Assembly: GCF_009914755.1 (NCBI RefSeq)
Contig: NC_060925.1
Source of the DNA: the human T2T-CHM13v2.0 reference genome, Homo sapiens
Direction: 5' to 3' (one strand)
Length of the DNA stretch: 64,000 bases
Below are positions 29,328 to 42,929 of this stretch, one piece after another. Numbering within the stretch: the stretch's first letter is position 1; each line of letters starts with the position of its first letter. The notes under the pieces are model-generated. The model ran no database searches and was not told the DNA's origin. It saw nothing but the letters and a program-made list of their open reading frames with translations. The position numbers and the translations under genes are program-made.

Positions 29328-29514
29328 TGTTCTTACCACCATCAAATACGACTGCTCTTAAATGTGTCATGAATACTGATGCTTCACATTAATACACAAA
29401 ACTGCTCTTAAGGTAGTTGCCAGCCTGAAAAAAATTGGGAGTTTTGATACTTTGTTACTTTTTCTTTTAATATATTGCAAGGTTTTTCACTGATCTATTT
29501 GCAGAAGGAAAAAA

Positions 29515-30250
29515 ATACATATATATAATATACACATACACATACACATGTATTATATATAAAACACATGCACATATATGTATTATATAATCTATTATTA
29601 AATAATATATAATACATATATACACATATATATGTATATGTGGGTATTTTATATATATGTACGTATAGATATTTGTGTGTGTTTGTGTGTGTGTGCATAT
29701 ATATTCCCGTTAATTTGAAAGCATTGTTTTGGGTTTTAAATATATAAATATAAATATGTATATAAATATATATAAATATATTTACATATCATATTTATAA
29801 ATATATTATATTATATATTATATATTATTCAATATACTATAATATATATTATATATGTTTAATACAATATATAATATTTACATATATTCCCATTTATTTA
29901 TATAACATATATTATATGATATTATATATTACTCCATATAATATAATATATTATACATAATATATTACTCAGTATAATACATAATATATATAATATATTA
30001 CTCGGTATAATATATAATATTATATGTTATGCAATATAATATATAATATTATATATAATACATTATTCAATATAATATATAATATTATATATAATACATT
30101 ATTCAATATAATATATAATACACTATTCAATATAATATACAATATTATATATAATACATTATTCAATATAATATATATTATATAATATATATATTTATAT
30201 ATTTTATTTTTATATATTATATATTTATATATGTATATATAATATACATT
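29515..30250. repeat. AT-rich (TA)n-like low-complexity tract with minisatellite units
   Basis: Repeated tataatatataatattatatataatacattattcaa units at about 30030-30170. Confidence 0.95.
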
Positions 30251-31367
30251 TCTAAATTATTTTAAGTCATTTTGTATTCTTAGGATAGTTAAACTTGCCC
30301 TGCAATCTTATTTATTTCCTTGCTTTTCATATACAATGAAAGTGTATATGACTTTGGCTTGCAGTATTATGATAAATTCACCATTGATTAAGTCATAATT
30401 AAAGATTGCTATTCAAAGATTCAAAAATTAAAGATGGTAATTAAAGTATACTACCTTCTTTCTAATACAATACTACTACATTTATTTACAAATTCTCTAA
30501 CCCTTTCTATGGGAGTTTTCAATAACAATTAGAGTAAAAATGTGATTTGTTTTAATGTTAATAATCACTAATCTTTTTTGTTGAAAAATATAGGATGAGA
30601 TTTTTCTCAGTTTACTTTTTTTTCAGAGAAGGATTCTATATTGAAATGTCAAAAATGTAAGATGCAGGAGGATAAGGAACCAATGTTGCCTTAGCTTTGA
30701 GTACTTCCTTTGTGCACGCAGAAAGACTGACATTCAAATTTAGGCTAAATGTTGCTTACATAAAGGAATGAAAAAATGAATAAAAATATAAATTTCTCTA
30801 AAGTATTTTTTAATAAGAGTTAAAAGGATTACAAAATAGCAGCGTTTGTGAAATAGATTTTTAATATTGCTGCACATTAGAAAACATACAGTTATGCCTC
30901 AAATGTATTCAACTTATGTTGGAGGAGGGATTTCGTTTACTTCCACAACTTTGCACTACGTCTTCAGAGAGTTTGCTTTCTCTTTCTCAGAGATCCTAAC
31001 AGCGGGATATCTATTGACTGCATATTCTGTGCCAAACATTCTTTTAGGCATTGATGCTAACACAGCAAATAAAACGGAAAAGCCTGTGCCTTTGTGGAGG
31101 TTATATTCTGGTAGAGGAAGGTGTAAAGTACTAGGATACACATGTAGATATTCCGTGTCCAGGGTACGGATTTCAGTCAGCAGCTGTCCAATTAGGGGAG
31201 ATTTGGGAATATACCATGTTATTTTATGCCAATTCAAAGCCTGGGAAGAGGCAAGATTGCCCAGGGAGATCACATGGAGTGAGAGGAGGTAAGAACTCTA
31301 GGACTGCCCATGCTTCTGAGCCCATAACATCCCAGAACACGCTTAAAGGATCACTTGACACTAAAAC

Positions 31368-31424
31368 AGAGAGAGAGAGACAGAGAGAGAGACACAGAGA
31401 GAGAGAGAGAGAGAGACAGAGAGA
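31368..31424. repeat. (GA)n/(GACA) microsatellite
   Basis: Direct reading. Confidence 0.95.
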
Positions 31425-31570
31425 GTTGTTGGGTGGAGTTCTCCTTTTCTTCAAAGGCAATACATTCTCCTTCTGCCATACCATCCAGAATTTCATGGAT
31501 TCACATTTCAATTTATTTCTCCAACTTTGTATGAGAGCAAGTTTTTGGAGATATAATACTTGAAATTTCT

Positions 31571-31877
31571 TTTCATTTATTTTATTTTATTTTAGAGACA
31601 GAGTCTCTCTGTCACCAGGCTGGAGTGACGGGATCTCGACTCACTGCAACCTCCGCCTCCCAGGTTCAAGCAATTCTCCTGCCTCAGTATCCCGAGTAGC
31701 TGGGGCTACAGGCGTGCACCACCACGCCCAGCTAATTTTTAAATTTAATTTTAGTTTTTTAGTAGAGACGGGTTTCACCACGTTGGCCAGGATGGTCTCG
31801 ATCTCCTGACCTCATGATCAGCCCGCCATAGCCTCCCAAAGTGCTGGGATTACAGGTGTAAGCCACTGCACCCGGCC
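31571..31877 (-). mobile_element. AluSc-like
   Basis: ggatggtctcgatctcctgacctcatgatc; TSD tgaaatttct. Confidence 0.92.
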
Positions 31878-33854
31878 CTGAAATTTCTAAATGAATCCCA
31901 GCTAGGCAAAATAATCACCAAGAAAAGGGGCTACATTAACATAAATTGAGCATATTTAACACAAATTACTTTCTCATCTTAAGAAAAAAAAATTACTTAA
32001 AAATAGGACTATATTTGTCAAAATTTACCCCTTATATGGAAATTCACAATAATTTTCTTCTCTGCTTGGGAAAAGATCATCATTTAAAAGAGCTGCATAT
32101 GGTTGTTTTTGTTAGTATTCCAAGAAATTCAGGATGTTTGTGTGATATGTAGTGGCTGAAAAATTTTATATATATATATATTTCTGATTCATCTGCTTGT
32201 AACAAAGTACCTAAATGTATATATAGTGATCTGAGGAGACAGGATCCAGTGGGTTAATGAGCAATGGCAAAGGATTTGAGGTTGAAGTGATGTTGATGTT
32301 TGGACCCCAGCTGCGGGTAGCAGAACAGCAGATACCTTTGGTTAGCTGTAACCATTAGCTATTGGTCTCTAGGCTGGACCAAGGGAAGCAAAGACCTTAT
32401 ATCACTCAGGAAATTTTGCTGGACTCTAATGGGAGGCGTCATGAGCTGAGCTCTTCCTGCTGCTGGGGGAATCCAGGAGCAGTCCCATTCAGGTCACCAG
32501 ACCCCCATGGTCACAGAGTGAGAGCTGGGCAGTGATGGGCTTCAAGGGCAAATTTAAGATTTTCAGGAAGCAGCTGGCTTTTATTTGAAACTTGCAGGAT
32601 CCCTTCAGACATATAAAAAGAGATACTGGTAAGTGCAGTGAAGAACTTGCAATGGTTGGGTTGTGAGAGTAATTTTTACAAATATTATGGTTCTGCCTTG
32701 GTGTTTGCTCAAAGAATTTTACCTCACTCAACATGTTGTTAGAACATTTTCCTGATTCCTACAAAAAAAAAAGAAAGAAAATATTTTAAAGGTCAGAAGC
32801 TACAAGCTTTTCATCATTTAGCCAAGACACATCGATAATATAGTCTATGTATTCAGTTTAAACAAAATGTCAACTTGCGAGAGTAACTATCAAGCTGTTA
32901 CCTGAAGACAGATTAGAATTATATGAAGCTGTGGCCCTCACGCCTATCTGGAGATCTTATCATATAGTTATTCATCAGTTTTAAATGTTATATATTGTTC
33001 CTACGGAGAAAACAGCCACTCATAAATTTAAATGAACTCTAAATGTTTTATGTGTTATTAACCTTTTTTTCCTCAGTCGTGCTAATGTCTCCTAATTTAG
33101 ATATATACATAAATAGTGAATTAAATGTCTGTCTCCATATTTTGATGTGAAATAGGATGTCTGCTTTAGACTCAAGGCTTACAAGCTCCAAAGGACACAC
33201 CATTTGAGAATCCCCCCTAAAGACTAAATGTCTGGAAAGATCAACTGTGAAGTCATGAAATCAAAGAGTACTTATTTTAGTGTTTTGATAAGGATCCTGG
33301 GGCAAGAGACCCCAGGGGATGATCTCAAAATGAATTAGCGATTTTAAATGTCACCAGTGTCTTACATCAGTTTCCTCGAGACTCCTTTCCAGAAATCTAC
33401 TCCGGTTTCCTTCCTCCATATCTAAGAAAGGGTCTTGCTCTTAGGCATCTTGAGCAAAACAGTAATATCTTCCAGATAAATAGTAACAGGCTGGTATCAG
33501 TCAGGCTGGGAGATACATTTAGGCATGTGTTTTTTGAAGGACCTGGCCTTGTTCATGATGATACACCTCATCTTCCTATGAACTTTGTATATGGATGGAC
33601 CAGGCTTTTTGATGGGGCAGAGTATCTATAAAGTTTACATGAACTAAGGTCCAAGAATCAACACATTGGAGTTTAAATCTGCTCAGAGAGATTTCTGTAT
33701 CAACAATAATTAAAAATCTGTGGTTAGTTATTTTTTTAAATGAACTCTCCTTGAGTAAGAAATAGCAGCTGAGGTTAAAGAAGGGACTGTGTGTCTCACT
33801 GTTTTGAAATATTGTCATCTATTTTCAAAAATAACATGAAAGGACCACAAGGTA

Positions 33855-34230
33855 ATCCTGCTGTTATACTCAAACCTGATTAGACTCTAATGAGTAAATT
33901 GGTTCCATTACTCAAGAGGAACATGGACAATTTGAAGAGGGTTTGCAGGATAATCACAAAAATTAATAACCTAACAAAAGGCAGGAAAAGTTATGAAAAC
34001 TGAAGTGCTTGCCAATAGGAAATTCAATGATCTTTGAACTCAGGAAGAGCTACTTGAGAGAAGATGCTGATACCGTTTGTTCTTCCTGTAAGGAAAAAAA
34101 CAGACAGCAACCACCAATGTAAAGGCTTTACACTGGAGTAAGGGAACAGTTTCTCCATGGTGAAACTTGGGAAATTGCAGGAGTGAGACTTAAAGAAAAT
34201 TGTAGCATTTAATTGTTCAAAGGACCTGGC
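33855..34230 (+). mobile_element. L3/CR1 LINE fragment
   Basis: gaggaacatggacaatttgaagagggtttgcaggataatcacaaaaat resembles the CR1 ORF2 C-terminal region. Confidence 0.45.
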
Positions 34231-34583
34231 TAAAGAGAAGACAGATTTTTTCATCTGTTTGTTTTGGCTTCAGTACATTCTGACCTTACGTTGATTCTTT
34301 AATTTTTCCAACAGTTTCTATGAATTTTGTTCATGTACTTTGTAAGTGTACATCTTAAGTGCATTTAGGAGTAAGAAACCAGATCACGTGCAGTGTTTGT
34401 ATCCCTGCTCTGTGTTCATGCACGCCTGTGCTTCCTGCATATTTCCTTCACACTGCTTTGAAGGAGAAGTATGGTAATTGTTACCTTTGGCTCTCTACAA
34501 AATCATGGCTACACAGTTCAAAGTAGACTCTCTCCATCCCCTTTTTGTTCATGAAGTTCTAGTAATTCTTAGACTCTTCAGAG

Positions 34584-34908
34584 TATCATGGTCTGAATTT
34601 TGAAACTCCCCAAATTTCTGCATTAAAGCCCCAACCCCCAATGCAACTGTATTTGGAGATATGGGTTTTAGGAGGTAATAAAGCATAAATGAGGCCATAA
34701 GGGTAGGATCTCTCTCTCTCTCTCTTCTCATGCAAAGACCATATGAGAAGGTGGCATTCTGCAAGCCAAGGAAGAGAGCCCTAACCAGAAACCAAATTGG
34801 CTGAAATCTTGGTCTTGAACTTCCCAGCCTCTAGAACTCTGAAAAATAAATGTCTGTTGTTTAAGGCATCCAGTGGCATTTTGTTATGGCAGCCCAAGCG
34901 GACTAATA
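34584..34908 (+). mobile_element. MLT1A-like solo LTR
   Basis: ctgtatttggagat...gaaggtggcattctgcaagccaaggaagagag...ttgttatggcagcccaagcggactaata. Confidence 0.85.
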
Positions 34909-36333
34909 TTTAGAGGCAAGTTTGCTTCTTGACTGTCATAATTATATTATTTTTGAATTGGTTTAATTAGAAGAAACCTTAGAAATTGGATAGCCTTTCC
35001 TTGTAATTGTCTCTGTAGAGGTGAGAAGTGGGAAAACCCAAGATAGTGGGGGCAAGGTGAGGGTGGTAGGAAAGGCTGAGGTCAGCCCATAGTTTGACCG
35101 TGTCTTATTAGAGTGAAAAGACACTTTGGATATGCCATGCAAGTGAAATGCAGGAATATCCTTTAATTTGGATTCATTTAATGCTTTGGTGATATTAGAT
35201 TAGGAGATAAATGTGTAGGGTTTCCTTCAATTTCATACCTGATAGGGCTTATTTTTCCAATATGAATAAAAGATATGTTAGCCTCTGGCTAATATATGAA
35301 TGACAGAAAGCCATATTTCAGAAAGATGATTTCCAATCCCTTTTCATATAGCAATAATTCATCTATTAGATACTGTGTATTGGGGTGCCGTGAGCATTAT
35401 GCTGTTTGTATGATATGCAGGCTTCAGACCGTTAGATATCTATGGAGCTTAAGAGAATTAAAGACAAAAATAAGCACTCCAAAATATATAACCTAGTTAG
35501 AGCATATTTACATATGTCAAAAATAATTGAGCTCTTCCACCTCTCGAACTTGTTTTATTCATAAAGAATTAGATGATCGATACAAACCTAAAAACTTATG
35601 ATTGTAATGAAGACAATTTCACAGTATCTTGAGGCATGAAGTCAACAATGAATGCAAGATCCTTCTCTGCCTCACTGTGAAAACACAAATAATTTGTCAC
35701 AGGTTCTAGGGAGCTCATCCATTTCAGGCATATGATTATGCCTCTGCTTCCACACAGTGGCCTTGGGCAAATGAACCCTCTAAGTTCTGAATCTTTAAAA
35801 CAAGGCTTAACGTTCCAAAAAATAAGGAAAGGTCTTAGACATTATTTGGCAGAAAGTGCTTATGAAATGTGAATTCACTCTTGCATCATGGTGAATTAAT
35901 ATTTTTTGGCTGTTTGGTGTATAACAGTAGAGATGATTTCCCTTCTTCTGATTTAAAAATATTGTATTTCATTTTTACCTTAAGGATCAGAGCTTAAAAA
36001 TCAAAGGGATTAAAATGTTCCATTTCCTTGCCCATTGGTGGGCATATGAAAATTGAATTGAATAAAAATGGAGTCATCCTTTGTATTTTAAGATAAACAA
36101 TATCCTAAAATTATCACACTAATCTTAATCTGCATTTTCAATATAAACAAAAATCAGTATCTTTTATTTTAAAATATTAATAATATGTACAGGTTGTTTT
36201 AATACAGGCTACACTTTTATTTTTATCAGTCTTTTTTTTAACCTTGTAGAGTCGTGTATTTATTTTTCATTGGTGTCTATGCTGCAGACCAAAAAATGAA
36301 CCATAGAAATGATGCAAGGAAAGATGGAACTGA

Positions 36334-36658
<325 letters not shown>

Positions 36659-37414
36659 ATACAATTTTTATACAGAAAATACCATCTTATTTTTTAATAT
36701 TTTGTATAGTTTCTTACTATATACACAGTACTAACAAATTAAAATTTTATTTTGTAGATTGTTATTTAGGAAAATTTAGCTTACTGCTTAGATATGTTGG
36801 CACATTGATATTACTTGCATATTTATTTTGCTTCACTTTCACAAGAAATCTGGGAGATCTTGAGGGGCCAGTGATTAAAACCATCCTCCTTATTTGTCTG
36901 TGTTCAGCTATAGTCATTCCCTGGGAAACAATAAAAGCTCAAGTTCAGTTTATGAGCTTCAGTGATAAAAATGCAAAGTTATGCTATAAGGATTTTTAAA
37001 AATATTATTATATTTATATAAACTGATTTTTCCCTCAGAGTACTCATAATTAGAGGAAAGGAAAAGGAAAGGAAACTCATTTAAACAATTGTTTTTAAGA
37101 GCCAGAAAAAAAAATTTTCATTAGTTTTGAAATATTGCTGGTTTGCTATTCTATAATGAGATTTTGAACTAGACTTACACAGTTATTTAACTTTACTTGT
37201 TTGGGGAATACGCTCAAAAATTTGCACAATTCATGTGCACTAAGTACTTCAAAAGTATTTATCTTGATTTTTCCCCTTTGTTTTAGTGAATGGATTACCT
37301 GTATACGCATTGTTATATATAGTAGCATTATCTCTGTGTTAAACATCACCTTTTCATGTATGTACTGACATATTCTCTCCTATAACTGTTAATTACAATA
37401 CAGAGAACATGTAA

Positions 37415-37570
37415 GCCAGGGCTTGAAGTCGTAAGACATGATTTCTGGTCTTAACTTTGTTGTTTGCTAAATGCCTGGCCTTGGGTGGGACATTTAACCT
37501 CCCTAAACTCCAGTTTCTGCATCATTAAGATGGAAATAGTGATAGCTGTCCTATGGCTTGTCAGGATATC
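37415..37570 (+). mobile_element. MIR
   Basis: ccttgggtgggacatttaacctccctaaactccagtttctgcatcattaagatgg. Confidence 0.65.
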
Positions 37571-37809
37571 TTATATCAAAAATCTTATACCTGTTCCGTG
37601 ACTTGCCAAGAAATCTTATATCAAGGCAAAAAGTGCTATCTTTTGTAAACTATCATGTGCTATAAAAAGTGCTGCCTTTTGTAAACTGTAAAGTACTATA
37701 AAAATTTGCGCTGTCATCTGAGTGACAGTGTAGATGTCTTGGCTGAAGCGTGGACACTGGTGCCTTTCTCCTAGGGTTCATCACTCACCTGTCATTTTTA
37801 CATGCTTGA

Positions 37810-37985
37810 TGACTTAGGGTAAGATCCTTAAACTGTGTGAGTTTCAACTTCCTCATCTTTAAAATGAGACCTATGAAAACACCCACTTCCCAGGGCCAAA
37901 GTACAGTTTGAACAATAAAATACATGGAAAGCACCTACAGATGAGCCTGACAGGTAGCCAGCATTAAATAAATAATTAATATTAT
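37810..37985 (+). mobile_element. MIR
   Basis: tttcaacttcctcatctttaaaatgag...aatacatggaaagcacc. Confidence 0.6.
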
Positions 37986-38480
37986 CTCCTTTAAAGTACA
38001 CAGATTCAGTAGCATACTGGCACATTTATGTAGCTGGCATTTGTGCAGACTCAGAGTAATATGAATTATGTGTCAAAAATGTCTTTTATTTTCATCTTGA
38101 TGACATTTAGTTTTTCTATTAACTGAATAATACACGTTTGCTATAAAAGCTCAGAATATACAGAGAAGCCTCAGGACAAAAACAAAAACCAGCAGTCATC
38201 TAAATAAAATCCTTTTCGTTCCCTCTAATTATGACCACTGTAAGGGAAAAAAACTGTTCATTAATAGTACTTTAAAAATTTTTGGTAGCCCAAGGTTGGT
38301 TTTTTATCACCAAAGCTTATAACACAAGCTTAAGTCTTTATTGTGTTTCAGGGAATAACTATAGTAAGCACAGGGAACTAAGGATGATTATTTTAGTCAC
38401 TGGCCCCTCAAAATCTCCCAGATTTCTTGTAAACATGAAGTAAAGTAAATATGCAAGTAATATCAATATGGCAACATGTC

Positions 38481-38798
38481 TGATATGGTTTGGCTGTGTC
38501 CCCACCCAAATCTCATCTTGAATTCCCACGTGTTGTGGGAGGGACCTGGTGGGAGGTAATTGAATCATGGGGGCAGGTCTTTCCCATGCTGTTCTCATGA
38601 TAGTGAATGAGTCTCGTGAGATCTGATGGTTTTATAAAGGCAAGTTTCCCCGCACAAGCTCTCTCTTTTCCTGCTGCTATCCATGCCACGTGACTTGCTC
38701 CTCCTTGCCTTCCACCATGATTGTGAGGCTTCCCCAACTACGTGGAAGTCCAATTAAACCTCTTTCTTTTGTAAATTGCCCAGTCACTGACTAATACA
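38481..38798 (+). mobile_element. THE1 (B-like) solo LTR
   Basis: tgatatggtttggctgtgtccccacccaaatctc...gactaataca; 5-bp TSD atgtc at 38476-38480 and 38799-38803. Confidence 0.95.
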
Positions 38799-40563
38799 AT
38801 GTCATACAGTAAACTACCCAAATAAAATCACCATTTAGCATGTTTCAGAAGGAGAAGCATTTGAGCAAAAAATGATATCAGGGAAAATCAAGGCTCATAG
38901 ATGGCAAGGATAGAAAGGAGATGGGTTTGAGTGCAGAGAAACCAGTCCCTAAGAACCGACATCCAGCAAAGGAGGAAGAATTCAAGACACATAAGAGAGA
39001 GGGAGGCAACAGACATTTAAAACTACAGTAGTTTTAAAAAGAACTGAGAATTGCTCCACTACTCCAAAGGCCGAAGAGCTAAAACCTGTGGCCTTGCTTA
39101 GGGTAGAGTTACAGTGGTTTCCCCATTGCCTCCCATAGTATTTGGCCACTTTGCTGGCAGGATTGTCTCCAGAGTGGTTTGTAGAGAGGTCTAGAGGTAC
39201 ACATAGAAACCACCTTCCAGTTCTTTCTTCAAAAAATAAAAGTAAAATAGGAAAGAAAACAATTCCCTGAATCATTTTCTTCATACTTGTGGCATCAAAA
39301 ACCACTGTCCTGGTAGATGATGAGAGAGAGCTGGCAGCATAGAAAAGTAAGGGTGGAAAGGTGACTAAATTTCATGTCTCTGGCTTTATGCAGACAGAAT
39401 GAAGAATTATTCATACACAGGAGCAATTTTTAAAAAGAGATTCTGAGAAAGAACTGACAAGCCAAGTTTGTTAAATTCGTTTTCTAAAAACAGGCATTAA
39501 AAGGTAATTATTATTTTGTAAAACTGTGTACCGTGACAGGTATTATGAATGCTGTGATGTCTATACTTGACATTACTACATAATTAAGACTAGATTATTT
39601 CAAATCTTGAGAAATCACTCTCCTATTTCCTTCTCAAAGGTCATTATTTCTAAGTCATTAGTCTACAAGGAAATATTAGAGTACTTGAATAGCATATAGG
39701 AAAGGAGCTTACAAGTTTAAAGCAGATTTATTCTTTAGATGCTGCAGGAATTTGATTTACAATTGTGGACCTCTCAAAAGGCAGGAACATGCATATCTGA
39801 TATCTTGACATTCTAGAATTCTACTCAAACACTTCATCTACAAAGAGTGAAAGTGAATCAATTACATTTCTCATTTTCTGGAAGTAAAATACTTAACACC
39901 GTAAGACTATTAAATTGATCAGCAGTGCATAGCATTTCAGATACAATAAATGTATTAATAACATACTTCCAATCAAGCATATACACTTTTGGCAAAAGTC
40001 AATTCTTCCAAATATCAAAGGCTGATTTTCCCATGGTCACCCAGAGTATCCAGCTGCTGTCTTACTGCAGAAACATTGAGTTTAATAAACGCTTACTGAG
40101 GGCCAACCATGTGTCCTCTGAGCTCTGACCAAGGTATACAGGTGCCATCCCTCCACATGACCAGGATCTGCATTGTCTGTGTCCTTCTTGCCTCACAGAC
40201 CCACTTGCACTTCAAAAGTAATAGAATAGTCTCTGAATCAGTTCTTCTTGATGAGTTGACATGCAGGTATGTTCTCACACACTTACTTCTTTCAGCATAA
40301 TTCTAAAACTGTATATACATTTTTATTAAAACCTGGAAAGTAAAGAGTTTTAAAAAGAAGAAAAAAATGAGACCTTCATAGTTTGTCATACTGAGTCAAC
40401 CACAGTTAACATATTGGCATTTTTCTTTGAAGAGTTTTTTTTTCTAAGTTTTTCTCACCATGATTTTAATAATATTGCATGTGTTGTTTCTGTATTCTTA
40501 TTTCATGTATTAAAAGTATGTTCTGTTTTACTACATAGTTTTGCAAAACTCATTTTTGAGTAG

Positions 40564-40953
40564 TATTATGGACTGAGTTGTATTCCTCCAAAACACATAT
40601 GTTGAAGCGTAACTCCCAGTGTGATGGTATTTGGAGAGGGGAGTTTGGGGAGGTGATTACCCTTAGATGAGGTCCAATAGGATTAGTGCCTTGGTTCAAT
40701 GCCCTCTTATAAGGGATTAGAGCCCTTATAAGAAGAGATAGCTATCTCTCTTTGTCTTTTCCTTCACACTTGCACAAAGAAGAGGTCATGTGAAAATGTG
40801 TTGAGAAGGCAGCTGTATTTGCCAAGTGACGAGAACCCTCACCAGGAATTGAATGGTCTAGCATCTTGATCTTGGACTTCCCAGACTCGAGCCATGAGAG
40901 ATAAATTTCTCTTGCTTAAGTCACCCGATCTGTAGCTTGAGCAGACTAAGACA
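40564..40953 (+). mobile_element. MLT1A-like solo LTR
   Basis: ttatggactgagttgt...atatgttgaagc...gtgatggtatttggag...cttgatcttggacttcccag...gcagactaagaca. Confidence 0.85.
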
Positions 40954-41574
40954 AGTGGCTATATCATGTGTTGTTTAATTATTTCTGATTGTTCATAACA
41001 ATAAAATTAGGATGTATGTCTTCATACATAAAGTATTTTTGTGTATTCCACATTACTTCCTTTGTATAAATTCTCAGAAGTGGAATTATTTGATGAAACA
41101 TGGAAACACTGACTAAATGTTTACAAATTGGTTATAACAAATTGCATACCCAAAAGAATAAGGAAAACATATCTCTGAAACCTAACAGCATTGAACCTGA
41201 AACTGTGACCAAAACTCTCTAAATTATTAGTTAGACTATCCGAACTATATTTGATAACACCCTTAAGAAAATAGGGAAGAAAATTAGGTTTATTTTCTGT
41301 TGTCTTTACTTTTTTTCTAGTCTTAATTTTCATTCTATTCAGCAGGATTCATTTTCCATCACTCTGGAAGGAAAAAAGAAACCTGAATTCCTATGCCTTC
41401 AGATATTTAATTAATTTTTTTTCATGGAAGAAAGGTGATATCTGATAAACAGATCCTCATAAAAGAAATACTAAGTAACAACTACTGGACTCTTTGCTCA
41501 TCAACTTGTATACCTTTCTATCGAGGTACCAGTGTTCCCTTTTATTCCGCCATTCCTGAGAACTGGGTGTGATA

Positions 41575-41960
41575 TAATGTTAGAATCTCAGCTTTCAAAA
41601 GGATCTTGGGGCTATCAACCTCACATCCCATCTAATATATGCCATTCCGTCTATAACATCTTCAGCAGGTATCCATTTAATGTCAGCATGAGTACGTTCA
41701 GTGACAAGGAGCTCACTATTTCACAAGTCAGTCTAATTTACAGATATTCATCTTTGACCATTGGAAAATTGCCCTAAAAAGCAAGTCCCAAACTCTGAAA
41801 CTTCTATGCATTAATGCTGGTACTGCCCTCTGACAGGATCATGAAGAACAAATCTAATTCCACTTTCACTTGATAACCCCTCAGAACTTTGAAAAGCGCT
41901 ATCAAACAAGCCTTTTCCTAGGTAAACATTCTCAGTTCATCCCCTGTCCCCTGCAGCATA
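41575..41960 (-). mobile_element. L3/CR1-like fragment
   Basis: gagctcactatttcacaag...gaacaaatctaattccactttcacttgataacccctcagaactttgaa. Confidence 0.5.
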
Positions 41961-42211
41961 TGCCTTTAAGTCCCACTGGCATCTTAATGGGCATATTCCT
42001 ATTAGAGACAGTCATGCACCTGTAGCCCGCAGACTCGTTTTTGGTCCTTGAGTGTTTGGGAGGAAAATTAAGAAAGATGTGTGGGACGTTATTTCTTTAG
42101 TTTGGCACACTCCTCCTGTTTTCTTACTTAAGAAGTGTTTCCTTATCTAAGTTACCTAGCGGCTTTGGGAAGTGTTCCAGTTTGTAATTTGTGTGTGAAA
42201 GGGCAGCTCCT

Positions 42212-42250
42212 GTCTATCATACCACCCTGAATGTGCCTGATCTCATTTGA
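42212..42250 (+). pseudogene. 5' fragment (about nt 1-42) of 5S rRNA, tailless retropseudogene
   Basis: gtcta..cataccaccctgaatgtgcctgatctcatttga vs 5S GTCTACGGCCATACCACCCTGAACGCGCCCGATCTCGTCTGA, mostly CpG decay; 15-bp TSD tgaaagggcagctcc at 42196-42210 and 42248-42262. Confidence 0.92.
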
Positions 42251-42929
42251 AAGGGCAGCTCCCTTGACTGGACCCGTACTGTAGATATGATGTGAACAGC
42301 CTGGAGGAAAAGAGCTACCATCTCCCTTATCCTAACTATATTCCACTAATGATTAAAACCTGTGTGACGCTTTTATCAGCTGTTTCTACCCTTTACTTTT
42401 ATTTACCCTTCAGTTGTCTTCTTAATAATAACTAAAGTTCCTAAGACATTTTCTGACTGATTGGCAATCCAGTTGACTAAAGTTCTCCACTCTTTTACTT
42501 GTGCAGTTAATTTTTTGAACCTAAGCATAGAACTCTGCACATAGTACCACTGACCATCATCTTCCTAAAGTCAGTTCAACTAGGCAGAATTTTGAGGACT
42601 TTTTGGTCCTCGTTCTACCAGTTCTTCACGGGATTGTGTGGTCTTCAGACAGCCTTCTCTCTCTAGCATGTACTGATAAACTAATGAGCAAGACCAGACA
42701 GAGGGGTGCCCAGAGGCATGGCGCTGAAAACCTTTCCGTTTCCCACTGGGTCCTCCATGCTTCTTTCTCTTCTTTGAATCTTTCCTCATTCACCAAGAAT
42801 TGTCACCAAGGTGTGCAAGATCTGTCCTTAAAATGACTGTCAAGTTCTCCTCCTTGTTGTCATGATTGACAGCTGTCCCTCATCAAATTAGGCCTAGAGT
42901 TGTGCCAGTAATTACCTAGCTCAGCTATC

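Larger units (their letters stand above)
36757..38831. repeat. Diverged inverted repeat with about 300-bp arms (36757-37070; 38210-38480 plus 38804-38831)
   Basis: 36791-36892 aligns ungapped to the reverse complement of 38379-38480 with about 13 mismatches in 102 nt (counted by eye). Confidence 0.9.

Noticed and set aside
30030-30170. Regular ~36-bp repeats superficially like a CRISPR array
   Set aside because: Eukaryotic AT-rich tandem repeat with no unique spacers and no cas genes
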